Of a stretch of DNA of 64,000 nt, positions 13,080-26,095 are shown piece by piece. This stretch comes from Camelus ferus (lineage: Eukaryota). The notes below the pieces were generated by a model. That model did no database searches. It worked only from the letters and a program-made list of their open reading frames with translations, and was not told the DNA's origin. The position numbers and the translations under genes were made by a program. The stretch is taken from positions 104,224,001 to 104,288,000 of the forward strand of contig NC_045697.1 in NCBI RefSeq assembly GCF_009834535.1, given 5' to 3'. Each line of letters opens with the position of its first letter. Position 1 is the stretch's first letter.

Positions 13080-13590
13080 ACCACTGGCAGCATAGCATTT
13101 CTTGAGAATAATTTAGCACTATTTATCAAAAACAGTAAAAAAAAAAATTTTACCATATTTCTTGATGAAGAAATTGTGCTTCTTGGGATCTTTTCGACAA
13201 TGAAATTGGTACAATTTCATACATACACACAAGCACATGCATTTTTTGAAGTACGATTTGAAATTGTAAACAGAAAAAAGCAAAATATGCAACAGTATGG
13301 AATTGATTAAAATAAATTATGGTTCATGTGCATATTATGGAGCCAATGAAAATAATACTCTAGGAGAATATCTAAAGACATGGAAAGACCTCAATGTATT
13401 ATATAAAGAAAGACATACAAAACAGTATGATTCCTTTTGTATGGAATGTATACACATTAAAATGTATTTGTATGACTAGAGCAAAAGATAAGAAAATATT
13501 AACAATGATCATTTCTGGGTATGATGATTACTTTTTTCTTTTTCAAATTTTTCCAAAATGAAAATAAATCATTTTCACATTCAGAAAAAT
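13080..13590 (+). mobile_element. Ancient L1ME-type 3' end
   Basis: taaataaattatggt...catggaaagac...acaaaacagtatga...ttaacaatgatcatttctgggt...gattacttt. Confidence 0.65.
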
Positions 13591-15875
13591 CATACAACAA
13601 ACTCTATTTTTTAAAATTGCCATTTCCCTCCCTAGGCACTCATACCATTTGCTCAGAAAGGAATGACTATTAAGTTATCCAAAGTAGTGAGAATTCTGAG
13701 CTAAAGTAGTGTATATGTGCAGAGAAGTGAATTAAGAGAGGTCACATGCCATCAACCACTGACAGCCTGAATTTAACCCCAGATAGGAAAGATGCCTGAG
13801 GGTTGTCTGTTCATGAGGCAAAGCAGGATATTTGGAAGCCAATGAGTAGGTCAGAGAAGAACTGCTCGTTTGGCACTGTGTGATGCTCTCTTTTCAGGTT
13901 TTGTGGAGGATCAATGGGAACCAGCCACAGAAGACTCATCAGACAGAGGAAAGAGCTTTTCTGGCTTAATTGAATGCTTTCCCTTGCTTTAGAATCCTCT
14001 GACGCCTTAGCTAATTGATCGGTGATTTCAGAGCAGCCAATATATTTCTGGCTCACAGATGGTCAAGGGAATATGGCTTTTGTTTATTTTAAACCATTTA
14101 ATATATTAAAATCTTGTGTCTCGGAAGGATTTTAGAATTTTCAGAAGTTTTTCAAAAGTTTGGTTGATCCATAGCAAAATACTTGGAATTTAAACTTCTA
14201 ACGGCACTGAAGTAAATGTACATTTTATTCAGCACAGCAACCCTTTTAAAAGTGGTATTTCAGTGTTGCCATAGTGGAATTGACTAGTAAATCTGGTTCG
14301 CTTCTTATAGTTTTAGACAAATTGTTAAAAAGAGAGACAGAAAATTTTAACAATATTTCACTTCTTGTTTCAATGGGGAAGTGAACTCAAGAATTCAACA
14401 CAGTTCAATAACTGACATTTTAGTTCTGTCTGTATGATTTTTTCATAAATTGGCATCAATTTATTCTCCCAATTTTACCTCCTTTTTCCTGACAGGAATA
14501 CAAGTCCTCCTCCTGACAAAAGAATCTCCTGGAATACATGGTCTTTGTTACCATTTGCATAGCAGAATGAATATTTATTATCTGATAACACAAGATTTTC
14601 TCTGTTTGTTTAGGAAAATTCCATGATGGATGGTAGCCTTGAGTGAGAAGTAGGTTTTCATACAAAAGGGTGGCCTGGAGGACAGAGTAACAAACCAACA
14701 AATAATTGGATTGTTTCATTCACAAAATTAATGAGGGATTGGAGATGGGAGTAAAATGGAGAAAAAGGACAACAAAAGAGAACCAAAATAGAGAGCAGCA
14801 TGTTGGGAAGCTGGATCTGACAGAAAAATGACTGGAGAGAGATTGACAGGGTCGTGTGCTCAAAAAGACTATTAGGAGCAGGACTTCTTAGTAACCAATT
14901 GAAAACCATTTGCCTGCTCTAATATAAACCCTTTCTGTGGCTCAAACCCATCAGTAAGTCTACACCAAGGCTGCTACTGGTATTTTGGTCAGTGAAGGAG
15001 TCACGGTGCTGTTGCCGTGGAACAGAAGGACACAACTGGGATAGTTAGATGATCCAGGACTTGGAACCAAGGAGACCTGGATAATCCCAACTTTCCTCAC
15101 CCACCCCAAGCCCATCCCATGAGGACACTCAAGTTCTCAGGGAGGCCAGGTCTTCCACTGCTGGTGAGATGGACGTGGGAGCCCAGTTTTCTTGAATGAC
15201 AAAAGCCTGGATGACCTGTGCTAATATCTGGCTTGTAGATGGTTTTATGGGATCGTTAGTTCTCTGACAATTTCTACATATCTTATGTAGACTTGGGGAT
15301 TTTTATCATGCATTTTATTAAGTGTCTATTGTATGCGTAAAATATCAGAGTCATTTATACACTGGGAACTTGCAATCTCATGGGAGGTGATAAATCATGT
15401 ATACATGAAGTTATAAGCAAACTACAACTTATCATATGTGCATAAATACATATGTCAGAATTTTTAAAACTAATATAGAAAAGTCAAAAATTGTGCCATG
15501 CAATAACCATGGGCAAGTAAAGCACCTGATAGTAAAAACTAGAGTAAACTCCATTCCTGTTGCCACTGCTAATTATCTCTCATTAGACTGTGGTAAAAGC
15601 CTCTTGGCTCCCTGTCTTCAGTGCTCTTATCAACTAAAATTTGTTCTTTAGTTTGCTAATAAATTAATCATAATGAAGCAGAGTTCTGTCTGGCACAATG
15701 CCTGACACAGTATAGGGTCTCAAGAAACACTTGTTAAAGGAACAAATCAATCAGTAGTTAATTTCCATCCTACACAAAAATGTCATTGTCTCGTTATTTC
15801 CTCTTTATCTTTCTAAAACTATATATCTCATTATTGCTTATTATGGTTCTGTGTTTCAGCTTTACTCTTTTTCTT

Positions 15876-16730
15876 TTTAAAATTTTTTGAACCATTTTTA
15901 AATTGAAGTATAATTAACTTACAATGCTGTGTTAGTTTCAGGTGTACAACAATGTGATTCAATTATACATATATATTCTTTATCAGATTCTTTTTCATTA
16001 TAGGTTATTACAAGATATTGATTATGATTCTCTGTGCTATACAGTAGGTCCTTGTTGTTTACCTATTTTATATATAGTAATGTTTGTCTGTTAATCCCAA
16101 ACTTCTAATTTATTCCTCCCCACACCACTTTCCCTTTTGGTAACACAGGTTTGTTTTCTATGTCTGTGAGTCTATTTCTGTTATGTAAATAAGTTCATTT
16201 GTATCGTTTTTTTGAGATTCTACATATAAGTGATATCATATAATATTTGTCTTTCTCTGACTGACTTACTACACTTAGTATAGTAATCTCTAGGTCCATC
16301 CATATTGCTACAAATGGCATTATTTCATTCTTTTTTATGGCTGAGTAGTATTCCATTGTGTATACATATATACCACATTTTCTTTATCTAGTCATCTGTT
16401 GATGGACATTTAGGTTGCTTCCATGTCTTGGCTGTTGTAAATAGTGCTGCTATGAATATTGGGGTGCACTTATCTTCAAATTAAGAGTTTTCTCTGTATA
16501 TACGCCTAGGAGTAAGTAGGGTTGCTGGATCACATGGTAACTCTATTTTTAGTTTTTTGAGGAATCTCCATACTGTTTTCCACAATGGCTGCACCAAACT
16601 GCATTCCCACCAGCAGTGTAGGAGGGTTCCTTTTTCTCCACGCCCTCTCCAGCATTTATTATTTGTAGACTTTTTGCTGATGGCCATTCTGACTGGTGTG
16701 ATGTGATATCTCATTGTAGTTTTGATTTGT
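15876..16730 (-). mobile_element. Young L1, 5'-truncated (ORF2 C-terminus plus 3' UTR)
   Basis: ORF 16481-16837 contains [16 protein letters not shown]...[42 protein letters not shown], the L1 ORF2p cysteine-rich C-terminus; T-rich tail at left. Confidence 0.95.
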
Positions 16731-16774
16731 ACAGTTGATTTACAATGTTTCAGGTGTACAGCAAATGGATTCAG

Positions 16775-16838
<64 letters not shown>

Positions 16839-16893
16839 TATATATATTTATATTCTTTTTCAGATTCTTTTCCATTATAGGTTATTTTAAGAT
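16729..16893 (-). mobile_element. Second short L1 3' end joined to the previous L1, containing a (TA)n(CA)n microsatellite
   Basis: gtacagttgatttacaatg...caggtgtacagc...cagattcttttccattataggttatt repeats the extreme 3' end already present at ~15908-16015. Confidence 0.85.
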
Positions 16894-17144
16894 TTCACTC
16901 CTTTTCTTATATCTTATTCTATGCTCTTCCTTCACTTGGTGTGCCATTTTCCCCATTCCAGAAGTTTGCTTTATCCATCTTTCAAAGGCTTTCTCAAGTG
17001 TCAATAGCACTTCCTCTCTGAACATCCAAGCAAGAAATAAAAACTCTTCCTCCCATCTTTTAAACAAATTTATTTTCACCTTTCTATAGCACTAGTTATT
17101 GTTTACTTGTTAATAAAATAATCTGTGTCCACAATATCTGCTGT

Positions 17145-17668
17145 TTGCATAGGCCAGAGTACTTCAATGCAAACAACAGAATCCATTCCAGCTGGCTTAC
17201 ACAGAATGGGATTTGTTACAGGTTATTACATAGTTTGTAGAATTACTGGGAGGGCCAGGGAATCAAGCTTAGATCATTTACATCCAGGAACAATGCAACC
17301 AAAGGAACTGTTTGGCTACACCAAAGGAATTGTTTGCATAGAAAATCCATTTCCACTGCCCCCTCTCAGCTCATGATACCTACAACACAAAGGGACAAAA
17401 CATACAGTCTAAAATCTCAGCTGTCTTGGGAAAACCAAATGCTTCCACTATGACCTTCAGTCTCTCCACAGGTGAGCCCAAGCTCATGTTGCTCACTTCC
17501 ATTTTCAAAGTTTTAAGTGGGTGCATTTGTTTGGTGAAACTTAGTGCCCATGTAGAATTCTAGCTACAAGAGAATCTGAGAAATGTTATTTCTAGGTGTT
17601 CATCCTCTAAAACAAAGGCATAATAGAACAGGGACAGAAAGACTGATCCAATCTACAATATCCACCAT
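17145..17668 (-). mobile_element. Old MaLR solo LTR (MLT1K/L/N-like) lying within an L2 remnant
   Basis: tgcaaacaacagaatcc...gctggcttacacag...ctagctacaagagaatctgagaaatgt...caatatccacca; L2-like sequence on both sides (~16900-17140, ~17670-17780). Confidence 0.6.
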
Positions 17669-18132
17669 GTTTTGTAGGCATACTGAGAGCATCACTCATG
17701 TCTGTCCATCTTCATGTTTCCCATTTGCCCTTAGGTAGTGCTCAATGACTGTGTCAAATGAATGAATGTCTGAGTGAATGTATATTACATGTACAGTATG
17801 CAAAATAGGCACAAAGAAGAGTTCAGAAAAGAGAAATGGAGTCAGTAAAAACCTTGATGCTTCATTTTAAGAATTTTATTTAAATCATCAAACTACCATT
17901 CTTTAAAATAAGTTACTTAGTTTACCAAAAACTGTGGAGAAGAAGCAAATGGCAGAGAAAGAGGGTCTTTATTACCAACTGCCTCTTTATTTCAACACTG
18001 ATGAAAAATTGCCTGAATGTCCTTACACTGCAAGGAAAATAGCAATTTGTTCAATTTGCCTCCAAAAAAAAAAAAAAGATGTGTTTTTTTAGAGGGTCTA
18101 CAGACCAAGAATTAAAACTTAAACAACTGGAG

Positions 18133-18200
18133 ACATACATATACATGTATATGTGTGTGTATATCTATCTATCTATATATCTATATATGTATATGTATGT
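18133..18200. repeat. TA-rich compound microsatellite (TATG/TCTA)
   Basis: Direct. Confidence 0.8.
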
Positions 18201-20019
18201 TTCAAAGACTCCTAAATCACTAAAAAAATTTTTTCTTATTTGGTCTATACAAAAGCTACACGAGAAAACCTTACCAAGTGCCAATTTAATGTCCTTCACA
18301 GGTTAGGGACACAGATTTTGACAACATTCTTAACAAGTTACCTTCCAAGAAAAATCTAAGAAAAAATTCAAGAAAGTAAAATAATGGGTGCTTTGAATTA
18401 ATGATAATTTAGACATAAACTATTGATAATTAAAAAGTAAATTAAAAATCAAAAATGTTAAACAACATTTAAATAACTCAATTCACCGATAAAACCACGG
18501 AGGCTATCATAGACCAAGGCAGAGTATTTCATGTACGTGTTCTATTGGCCATCGAGCAGTGCCGTCCCCAGCTCCATGGCTACCAACAAGCTTTAGTTCC
18601 CTCTGCCTTCCCTAATGACTTACTGACAGCCCATCCCTCAAACCCCCAGATTACTAAGGGATTCAAAAGCAGCTTCTAGGGTCATGTCTAATAGAAATAA
18701 TGATGGATTAAATAATCTCATTTTAATAAACACAAATGTAACATTTCAAGAAACAATAAAAATATATTTTTGCTTAGTGAAATATTGTTAGAGAAGGTAG
18801 AGGGAAGACAGCTGTTTTTCCCAAGCTCTATGGTAATTCAATGTAGTCAAAAAGATTCTGGAAGAAAGGAAGCTAGCTTCATATCTGCTTGTACAAACGT
18901 GTCATTTTCCTAAACCATCTGAAATTCTATATCATCGTCAAGTTTTTCCTTTTAATTGTCCCGTAACTCTGAACAGACTCTCAGTAAAAACAGATAATCA
19001 GGGAAGCTATGAGATGCCACAATGATTCTAAAAAACATAAAGAGCAGTAGCGTAAAGCAGCATTACACAACTCACTTCAACTAAGGAACCCCATGTCATT
19101 TGAAATTCAGAATATACACCTATTATAAAGGACCCGCTTTCTCCTCACATACCACAGGTTCTTGTGTGGTCTGTTTTTGCTGTTGTTTTGATGAGTTTAA
19201 ATTTTGTGGAAAAGCTGGTGTTTGGGATACAGCACACACATGCTGTGAACATCTAGGAGTTTTTCATTGTCCATTTGGAATTACAGAGTTGGACTAGGAT
19301 CAGCTTCTATTAATAGGCACAAGACCAGAGTCAACAGGGCAAGTTGCTTCCTAATCCTCAAATGTGTATAAAAGAGCCAATGGGAGGCTGCCTTGCGGAG
19401 GAAGGGAGTGAAGGCAGAAGATGGAGAATTTCTCTGGAGTGGACCCAAGTGGGGAGTAGAAAACAGCAAGAATTCAGAGCTTGTCTGCCTCCTTGGTGCT
19501 AAGCCACAGAAGAGACCCCTCACTACCCTCGACTCCTCAGTTAAATGCTTGCACTTTGGCCATGGAGAACGTTATTCTCCACTCAACACAATGTTCAGCG
19601 ACTTTACACTTTAGCCTTTCCATGCATCGTTTTCAGCGGTGGTTGTGCACAGCAAAGGAAAAAAGAATCCAATAACATAAAACTATTTTAATAATTTTTA
19701 AAGGAAGTTTAAATGATCCACACTCGATCAGGGTCGATGAAAATGGCACTGGTGTCGAAGGGCAACAGGTTGCTAATAAATACAATAGTTTAGGAAAGTG
19801 CTGTTTCTGTCATGGAAAAACTATATTCTGGAGAAAATAATACTACTGTAATTCATTTTTGAAAGCTATTGAGACTTCTTGGATGAAGAATGTAGTTATT
19901 AAAGGCAAAAATACACAATATGTTGTAATGAAATGTTTGTGCTTCACGCTTCATTAAATGTTTTGTGGGCCTCTGGGGAAATTCTCTCCCCCACACAAAA
20001 ATAATGTTTATACATGGTG

Positions 20020-20038
20020 GTGTCACTAGAGGGAGTAC
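20020..20038 (+). promoter_or_regulatory. CTCF-like motif
   Basis: GTGTCACTAGAGGGAGTAC versus consensus TGGCCACCAGGGGGCGCTA; in apparently unique sequence. Confidence 0.4.
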
Positions 20039-21379
20039 AAAGAGCAACGTTCAAAGGAAGAACTTGCTACAGCTTTGGTATGCGCAACTGAAAACACCAA
20101 ACGGGGCAAGACGTGAAAAAACGCAGAAGACTGGGGAAAGAGCACACCAAATTTTGCTGTGATTTTGGTTGCCTTTATAGTCAGTCCAAAGGCTAATTTT
20201 TTCTTTACTTAATTTTAAAACAACAAATCGAGGGTTTTACTTGAAGTATAGGGTGGTGGAGAAAACTGATGCTTTGAATTAGTGAGATTAACTAAAAAAG
20301 CATCTGATTACAAATTCTGCTGCCTAAAGCAACCAGTAATACAGGATGCTGAGAATTCAGAAGGTTGGTGGTTGGCTGTGCCAGCTTAGAGTATTTTCAA
20401 AGTGAAAATGTGAAATAGTGGTAAAATTGCAAAGGCATTCACAAAAAATAAAATTCTTGGGAGGTGGGGAAATCCACTCACAGGAATACACAAAAAATGT
20501 GAAACTTCATAAAATCTCATTAGCAGAGGATCTTTAATGAAGAAAAGTAAATCAAGTGAAGAAAAGAAATCTATGGAAGTTCTTGCCTGTAAACACTTTT
20601 GTTTCGCTCATTGTAGGGGGTTCATCCTCTCATCAGGGCTTCCTTAGAAGGGACACATCCATTTGTCTGATTTAAACATACATACTGATGGAACATTTCT
20701 AAGGAAAACAGAATGAAAGAATGTAAAAGGGAATCACACTCAAAAACAAAATCAGGAGAGAAATTAAAGACCACAAGGTAAAAAGTACTAACATCAAGAT
20801 TCTTTTAAAAATACCATATGAGATTTTCCAGGAAGCATTCTTTTGCCTCCAGAACATTTTTTTTCCCCTCAAGAAGTATGTTAACCTTAACGGCTTTCCC
20901 TAGAGCTAGAATTTCAATTAGCTGCTTTTCTACCATGACTCTAGTCACATAAAAAAATGGTGACTCTCCAAGACTCTTGTTCTAAGCTATATTCTGCATG
21001 TGCACAGCTAAGCTGAATTTAATTTTTTTTTTAATTTCTAAGCTTTTGTATAATAGTAAGATGCTAGTATAAGAAGTGTACAACTTGAACTTGGAGAACA
21101 TAGCATTTGGGTTTTCCTCCTTGGTAATAAAGATACACGTTATATAAATTGACTCATTTATTGAAGAGTCACAGTTATTAAAAATGAAAGATTTAAGCAG
21201 GACTGAGAGAGTAGGATGCCAACATGTAGCAAAGCTCTCAGTCTCTATAATCATTACCTCTTCACTTTCAATTATGTACATTTTACCTCCAAAAGTTCTG
21301 AAATGTTTGTGATTTCTAGAACATTCCATACTATCATGCTTTTCTATATTTGTCTCCGAGGGAAACAACCACTTACCCT

Positions 21380-21645
21380 ATGTGAGGTAGTGGTCATAAT
21401 CATGAACCTAGAACCAGACTGCCTCGGTTTGAACTCAGGTGGCAATGCTTACTAGCCATATGAACTTGGTCAAGTTCCTTAAACTTTCTGTGACTTAGTT
21501 TCCTCATCTGTAAATTGAGGATAACAATTCTACGTCATAGGTTTGCTTTAAGGATTAAATGAGATTTAATGTACGTAAAGCACGTATAACTGTGGCTGGC
21601 ATATAATAAGTGCCACATAAATGTGTGTTATTATGATTATTATCA
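21380..21645 (+). mobile_element. Near full-length MIR SINE
   Basis: ccagactgcctcggtttgaa...cttactagc...agtttcctcatctgtaaa...aggattaaatgaga...gtaaagcac...ctggcatataataagtg. Confidence 0.9.
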
Positions 21646-21852
21646 CTTTATTATGCTTTAAGACTCAACTGAATCACTACCACTTTTGTAAATGCTTCTC
21701 TTAGAAAGAGTACTACTTATTTTCTCCTCCTCTGGACCTTTTGCACATCTCTAATCTTATCAGATGGGTGTCCAGTAGCAGTGGGTAGACAATTTGAGAG
21801 CAGGATCTGAGCCCTTCCATCTTGGTATCACCAGGTCTCATGCAGGGCCTAC

Positions 21853-23287
21853 ATCTCAAATAAATAACCTAGCCTGCAACCTAAAAAAATTAAAAAAAGA
21901 AAAAACAGAGTACAAAGTCAGCAGAAGAAAGGAAATGAAAAGGATCAGAGAGGAAATAAATAAAATAGAGAGAAAAAATAGAAAAAAATCAATGAAACCA
22001 AGAGCTAGTTTTTTGAAGAGATAAACAAAATTGAATAACTTTTAGCCAGGCTCACCAAGAAGAGAGGACCCAAATAAATAAAACAGGAAATGAAAGAAGA
22101 GAAATAATAGCTGATACCACAGTGATACAACAAAATCATAAGACAATACTATGAAAAATTATACACCAACAGATTGAACAACCTAGAAGACATAGACAAA
22201 TTTCTAGAAATATACAACCTTCTGAAACTCAATCAAGAAGAAAAAAATCAGTTGAACAGACTGATCACTAGTGGTGAAATTGAATTTGTAAAAACAAACA
22301 AACAAACAAAACACTTCCCAGTAAACAGAAGTTCAGGACCAGATGGCTTCACAGAGAATTTCTACCAAACTTATAAATAAGAGCTAATACTTATACTTCT
22401 CAAACTATTCCAAAAAATTGAAGAGGAAAGAACACTGTCAAATTTATTCTATGAGGCCACCATTACACTGATTCCAAAATCAGACAAAAGACATTACAAA
22501 AAAAAGAAAATTACAGCCAATATCTTTGAAGAATATTGATGTAGAAATCCTGAACAAAATATTAGTAGAACAAATCTAACAATGTATAAAAAGGATCATA
22601 TACTATGATCAAGTTAACTTTATTCTAGGGATGCAAGGATGGTTCAACATTCACAAATCAATCAACCTGATACATCACATTAACAAAAGGAAGGATAAAA
22701 ATCACACGATCATCAATAGATGTAGAAAAAGCATTTGACAAAATTTATTAACCATTCATGATAAAAACACTAATCAAAGTGGGTATGGAGGGAACATATC
22801 TCAATGTAATAATAACCATTTATGACAAACCCACAGCCAGCATCATAGTCAACAGCAAAAAGCTAAAAGCTTCTCCTCTAAATTCAGGAACAAGACAAGA
22901 TGCCCACTCTCACCACTTCTATTTAACATAGTATTGGATGTCCTAGCCACAGTGGTCAGACATGAAAAGAAATAAAAGCATCCAAATTGGAAAGGAAGAA
23001 CTAAAACTGTCAATATTTGCAGATGATATGATACTTTCTATAGAAAACCCTAAAGTCTCCACTTAAAAACTATCAGAATCAATAAATAAATTCAGTAAAG
23101 TTGCAGATTCAAAATTAATATACCAAAATCTATTGCTTTTCTACACACTAATAATGAATGATTAAAAATAGAAAGCAAAAAAAAAATCCTATTTAAAATC
23201 ACATTAAAAATATTAAAACATCTAGGAATAAACTCAACTAAGGTGGTGGGAGACCTGTACTCTAAGAACTATAAAATATTGATGGAT
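21853..23287 (+). mobile_element. Internal L1 ORF2 fragment (tower and reverse transcriptase region), disrupted
   Basis: ORF pieces SQINNL...KVSRRKE...IREEINKIE and NLEDIDKFLEIYNL...SSGPDGFTENFYQT; FADDM motif at ~23016 (tttgcagatgatatg); many stops and frameshifts; no 3' UTR attached. Confidence 0.92.
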
Positions 23288-23300
23288 GATGATGAGGATG

Positions 23301-23404
23301 ATTATTTATTGAAGTATAATTGATTTACAACAGTACATCAGTTTCAAAGTGTACATTTTAATAGAGTATAATCAGTAAAAATCCTGAATCACTACACTGT
23401 ACAC
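23301..23404 (-). mobile_element. Tiny L1 3' end with 5' inversion
   Basis: Minus-strand terminus ttattgaagtataattgatttacaa...gtgtaca followed by the plus-strand upstream piece ...ctgaatcactacactgtacac. Confidence 0.7.
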
Positions 23405-23959
23405 ATGCTGTGTTCAGTGGCCATGTAATGTGGAAAAGACGCTACTCTGCCTTAGGTGAGTATCTTCCTGCTCTCTTCACCACTTTCTGGCTTTCTCCAT
23501 CAGTTATCTTGCCCACCCCCCACCATTCCATGGTAGCCATAATAAGATTCCCAATATGACTCAATTCTAACATCATTTTTCTTCATTTAGAACTAGAGAA
23601 AAATCACAAACCATATTAAGTTGAAATGACTCTGAATGTATTATTTCCAGTCTTATCTCAACCCTTAACACTGCTTGTAAATTTTCACACATCTTCCATA
23701 AAATTTTTCTCCCACTTTCCAAAGCAGCTACTCCAACTCCCACTGCACCTTGCACAATCTTCACTGCGTAAACTCAGTGCTAACTTCTTTAATGAAGAAG
23801 TTAATTCAGTGGAGTAAAGTCTAGTGTCAGTTACCCGTCTACTCTCCTATAGCAAACAAGTGGATTCCAGGAGGCCCTACATTTTTTAAGCATCACTTGA
23901 GTCAAGCACTAATGCAATGCAAGTTGATGATGGAGCAAATGTGCTGGCTACTGAGCACA

Positions 23960-24461
23960 TGAAGTGGACATCTGTTACTTCAGCCTGATAACTATCCATT
24001 CTTCCTCTGTCTGAGAGCAGCATACCGCACTTTCCTAGGACTCACCAATCAAAGACATGCATGTCTCCACCTTCACTGCATGCTGGTGATAGTAACCGGT
24101 TCAGGGATGGACAGATGACTTTATCAGTAACAAAGTGATTGATGTGGGAGAGATTTTACTGCAAAAGTTAGGAAAAGAGTATCTCTCTTTTTTTTTCTGG
24201 AGTAGCTAAGCGTATAGAATTAAGTCTGGATCTAGGGATGGGCACTTTGTTCCCATTAAGGGAAAGTCAGTAGAATAGAGTCTATAGAAAAAAGCAGAAT
24301 CAAGAGATTAAAAAAAATTAAGTCTGATACCTGATGACATTTTTTGAGTACCTCAAACCATTCATACCTGAACATCAGTCTTGGGAACCAATACACTGCC
24401 ATCTTCGATAAAACAAAGGTAGGTTTTGATTATTTATAAACAAAAGAATCCCAACTAATAT
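23960..24461 (+). mobile_element. ERVL solo LTR (LTR33-like)
   Basis: gtggacatctgtt...tatccattc...ggttcagggatgg...gtagctaagc...cctgatgacatt...tttgag...aaaagaatcccaactaatata. Confidence 0.75.
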
Positions 24462-24499
24462 AGCATCCTTCCCATTCAAGAGAGTAGAGAGAAGAAATA

Positions 24500-24870
24500 A
24501 ATAGTCCGTAAATAAATTTAAGTTTAAAAAATGGAAAATTTGGGCAAAGAAATTGTCTCCTAGGAAGATATAACTTACCAAAACTAACTTAAGAAGAACC
24601 ATCCTAAAAATACCAATGATCCTTAAAGAACTTGAATTAGTAGATAAAAATCTACCTTCCAACCCACAAAAACACAAAGAACAATATAAAAATGACAAGG
24701 CCAAGTAATTCTGTTGGCAATTTATACCAAACTTCTAGAAAAGAAAAAGAAAGAAGGGAAAGACATTTCAAGTAGTTTATAAAATTAATATAAGTTGAGT
24801 TAAAATCAGAAAACAACAGTATAAAAACCAATTATAAGCCAGTTTCACTTTTAATATAGAATGAAGCTAG
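24500..24870 (+). mobile_element. Ancient L1 ORF2 fragment
   Basis: cctaggaagatataacttaccaaaactaact...ttgaattagtag...ttataccaaactt...aattataagccagtttcact. Confidence 0.65.
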
Positions 24871-25439
24871 ACCAGAAAGTTTGATTTAGGTTTAAAGGCT
24901 GCCAAGAGTGATGACTGAAATCTAATTCATGATGACCTTCATTTCCTTTTCCCGTTGAGCCAGTGAACAAATAAAACACAAAGTATATGAGATGAAGACA
25001 CAAGCGAGAACAGAGATACAGCCTCCCAGTTCTCACTCCCTTTCTCAGAGAGGTGTTTCCCAAGTTTTGTTTTGAAAGAAGAGAAGGCAGGATGAGAAAC
25101 CCATCACGTCAAACAAGCCCGAGTCACCAGCTTGCTTCCACTTGTGCATTGGAAAAGGACAGAGGTAGTATCACCATTCAAGGGTCCACTTGCTACAATT
25201 TAAAGCAATTCCCTTGGGTACTACAATCACACAATCTTGTGTCAATGTATTGTGTTTTTATTGCATCACTAGGACCACTGTAGGTTTAACCATAGCCTAT
25301 TACAAATACACACAAAATTCTTAAAAATGTATATCTGCAAATTGAATTCTGCAGTGTATTTTTAAAAATTAATAAGAGAAGAAATAAATCATCTCTGTTG
25401 ATTAGGGGCACTCAGAGCAACAAAGAAGGGCATGTGACA

Positions 25440-26095
25440 GGAAGTAGGTCAGAAATCTGAGTTGTGTCTTATGAAAGTTTTCAATTTTTGTTCTTATTTT
25501 CACAAAACTGAATAGTGTTAAGGTTTTGACCATCTGTTAACCCAGTTCCATGCCTCGTTAGCTGAAATATATATTGTAGAATGTTGTGTCTTCTCCTGAC
25601 TGCCGGCAAAAAATATGTTCCTTCTCAAGTATCTGCAGCCAGCTTGAATTTCCTCTTCGTCTGGCAGTAGTTCAGAGTTTCTGTTGGTACTGCTATGATC
25701 CTTCTGTATCTGCTTTTAGGCCTGTGTGTGTCCTGGTGAATTCTTCATTCTTTTCATCTGTTTCCTTTTAAAGCTGTTTTAAGGTTCATTGCTCCTTGAC
25801 CTATTCCTCCTTGCTGTTCTTCCAGACCAGTCTAATTCCCCAACTGGGGCTTCAAGACTCTATTACTGCTCTGCTCAACAACATTTTTTTTTTCTTTCAT
25901 CAACTTTTGGCTACTCCCTGATCACATTCAGGGTGCAAAAAAAGTGAGGACCGAGCAGTCAACCAATCCACAACCCCCACCAGCAGCACATATGACAGAA
26001 CCTATTTGAAGTCCTGTTCCATGATGTACTAGCTAATGCAGCTAAACTCTGTAGCATCAATTCACCCTCCAGAAGAAGCCCAAAGGGCAGCCCAG
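25440..26095 (-). pseudogene. Highly decayed, intronless cTAGE5/MIA2-like retrocopy (tentative)
   Basis: Manual minus-strand translation across frameshifts gives collinear pieces FGLLLE..AAL (26084-26067), VICAA (25996-25982), SLEA (25859-25848), LEEQ/KEE, KRMK..GLKA, QYIFQLT..LTDGQNLNTIQ..EN (from 25576) and EQKLK (25493-25479). These follow the order of cTAGE5 LGLLLEELRRVVAAL, LVICAAVVG, QSLEA, LEKELKEEK, KRIQ..SLKS, QIYIQLS..LTEHIKNLQTEQ..EN, QQKLK as recalled from memory. Confidence 0.55.

Noticed and set aside
21314..21326. Perfect three-unit heat-shock element TTCTAGAACATTC (and imperfect units at ~33738-33790)
   Set aside because: Nine fixed A/T-rich bases are expected about once per window, and there is no promoter context.
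21794..22380. Lys/Glu-rich ORFs as a coding gene
   Set aside because: L1 ORF2 remnants with stops and frameshifts.
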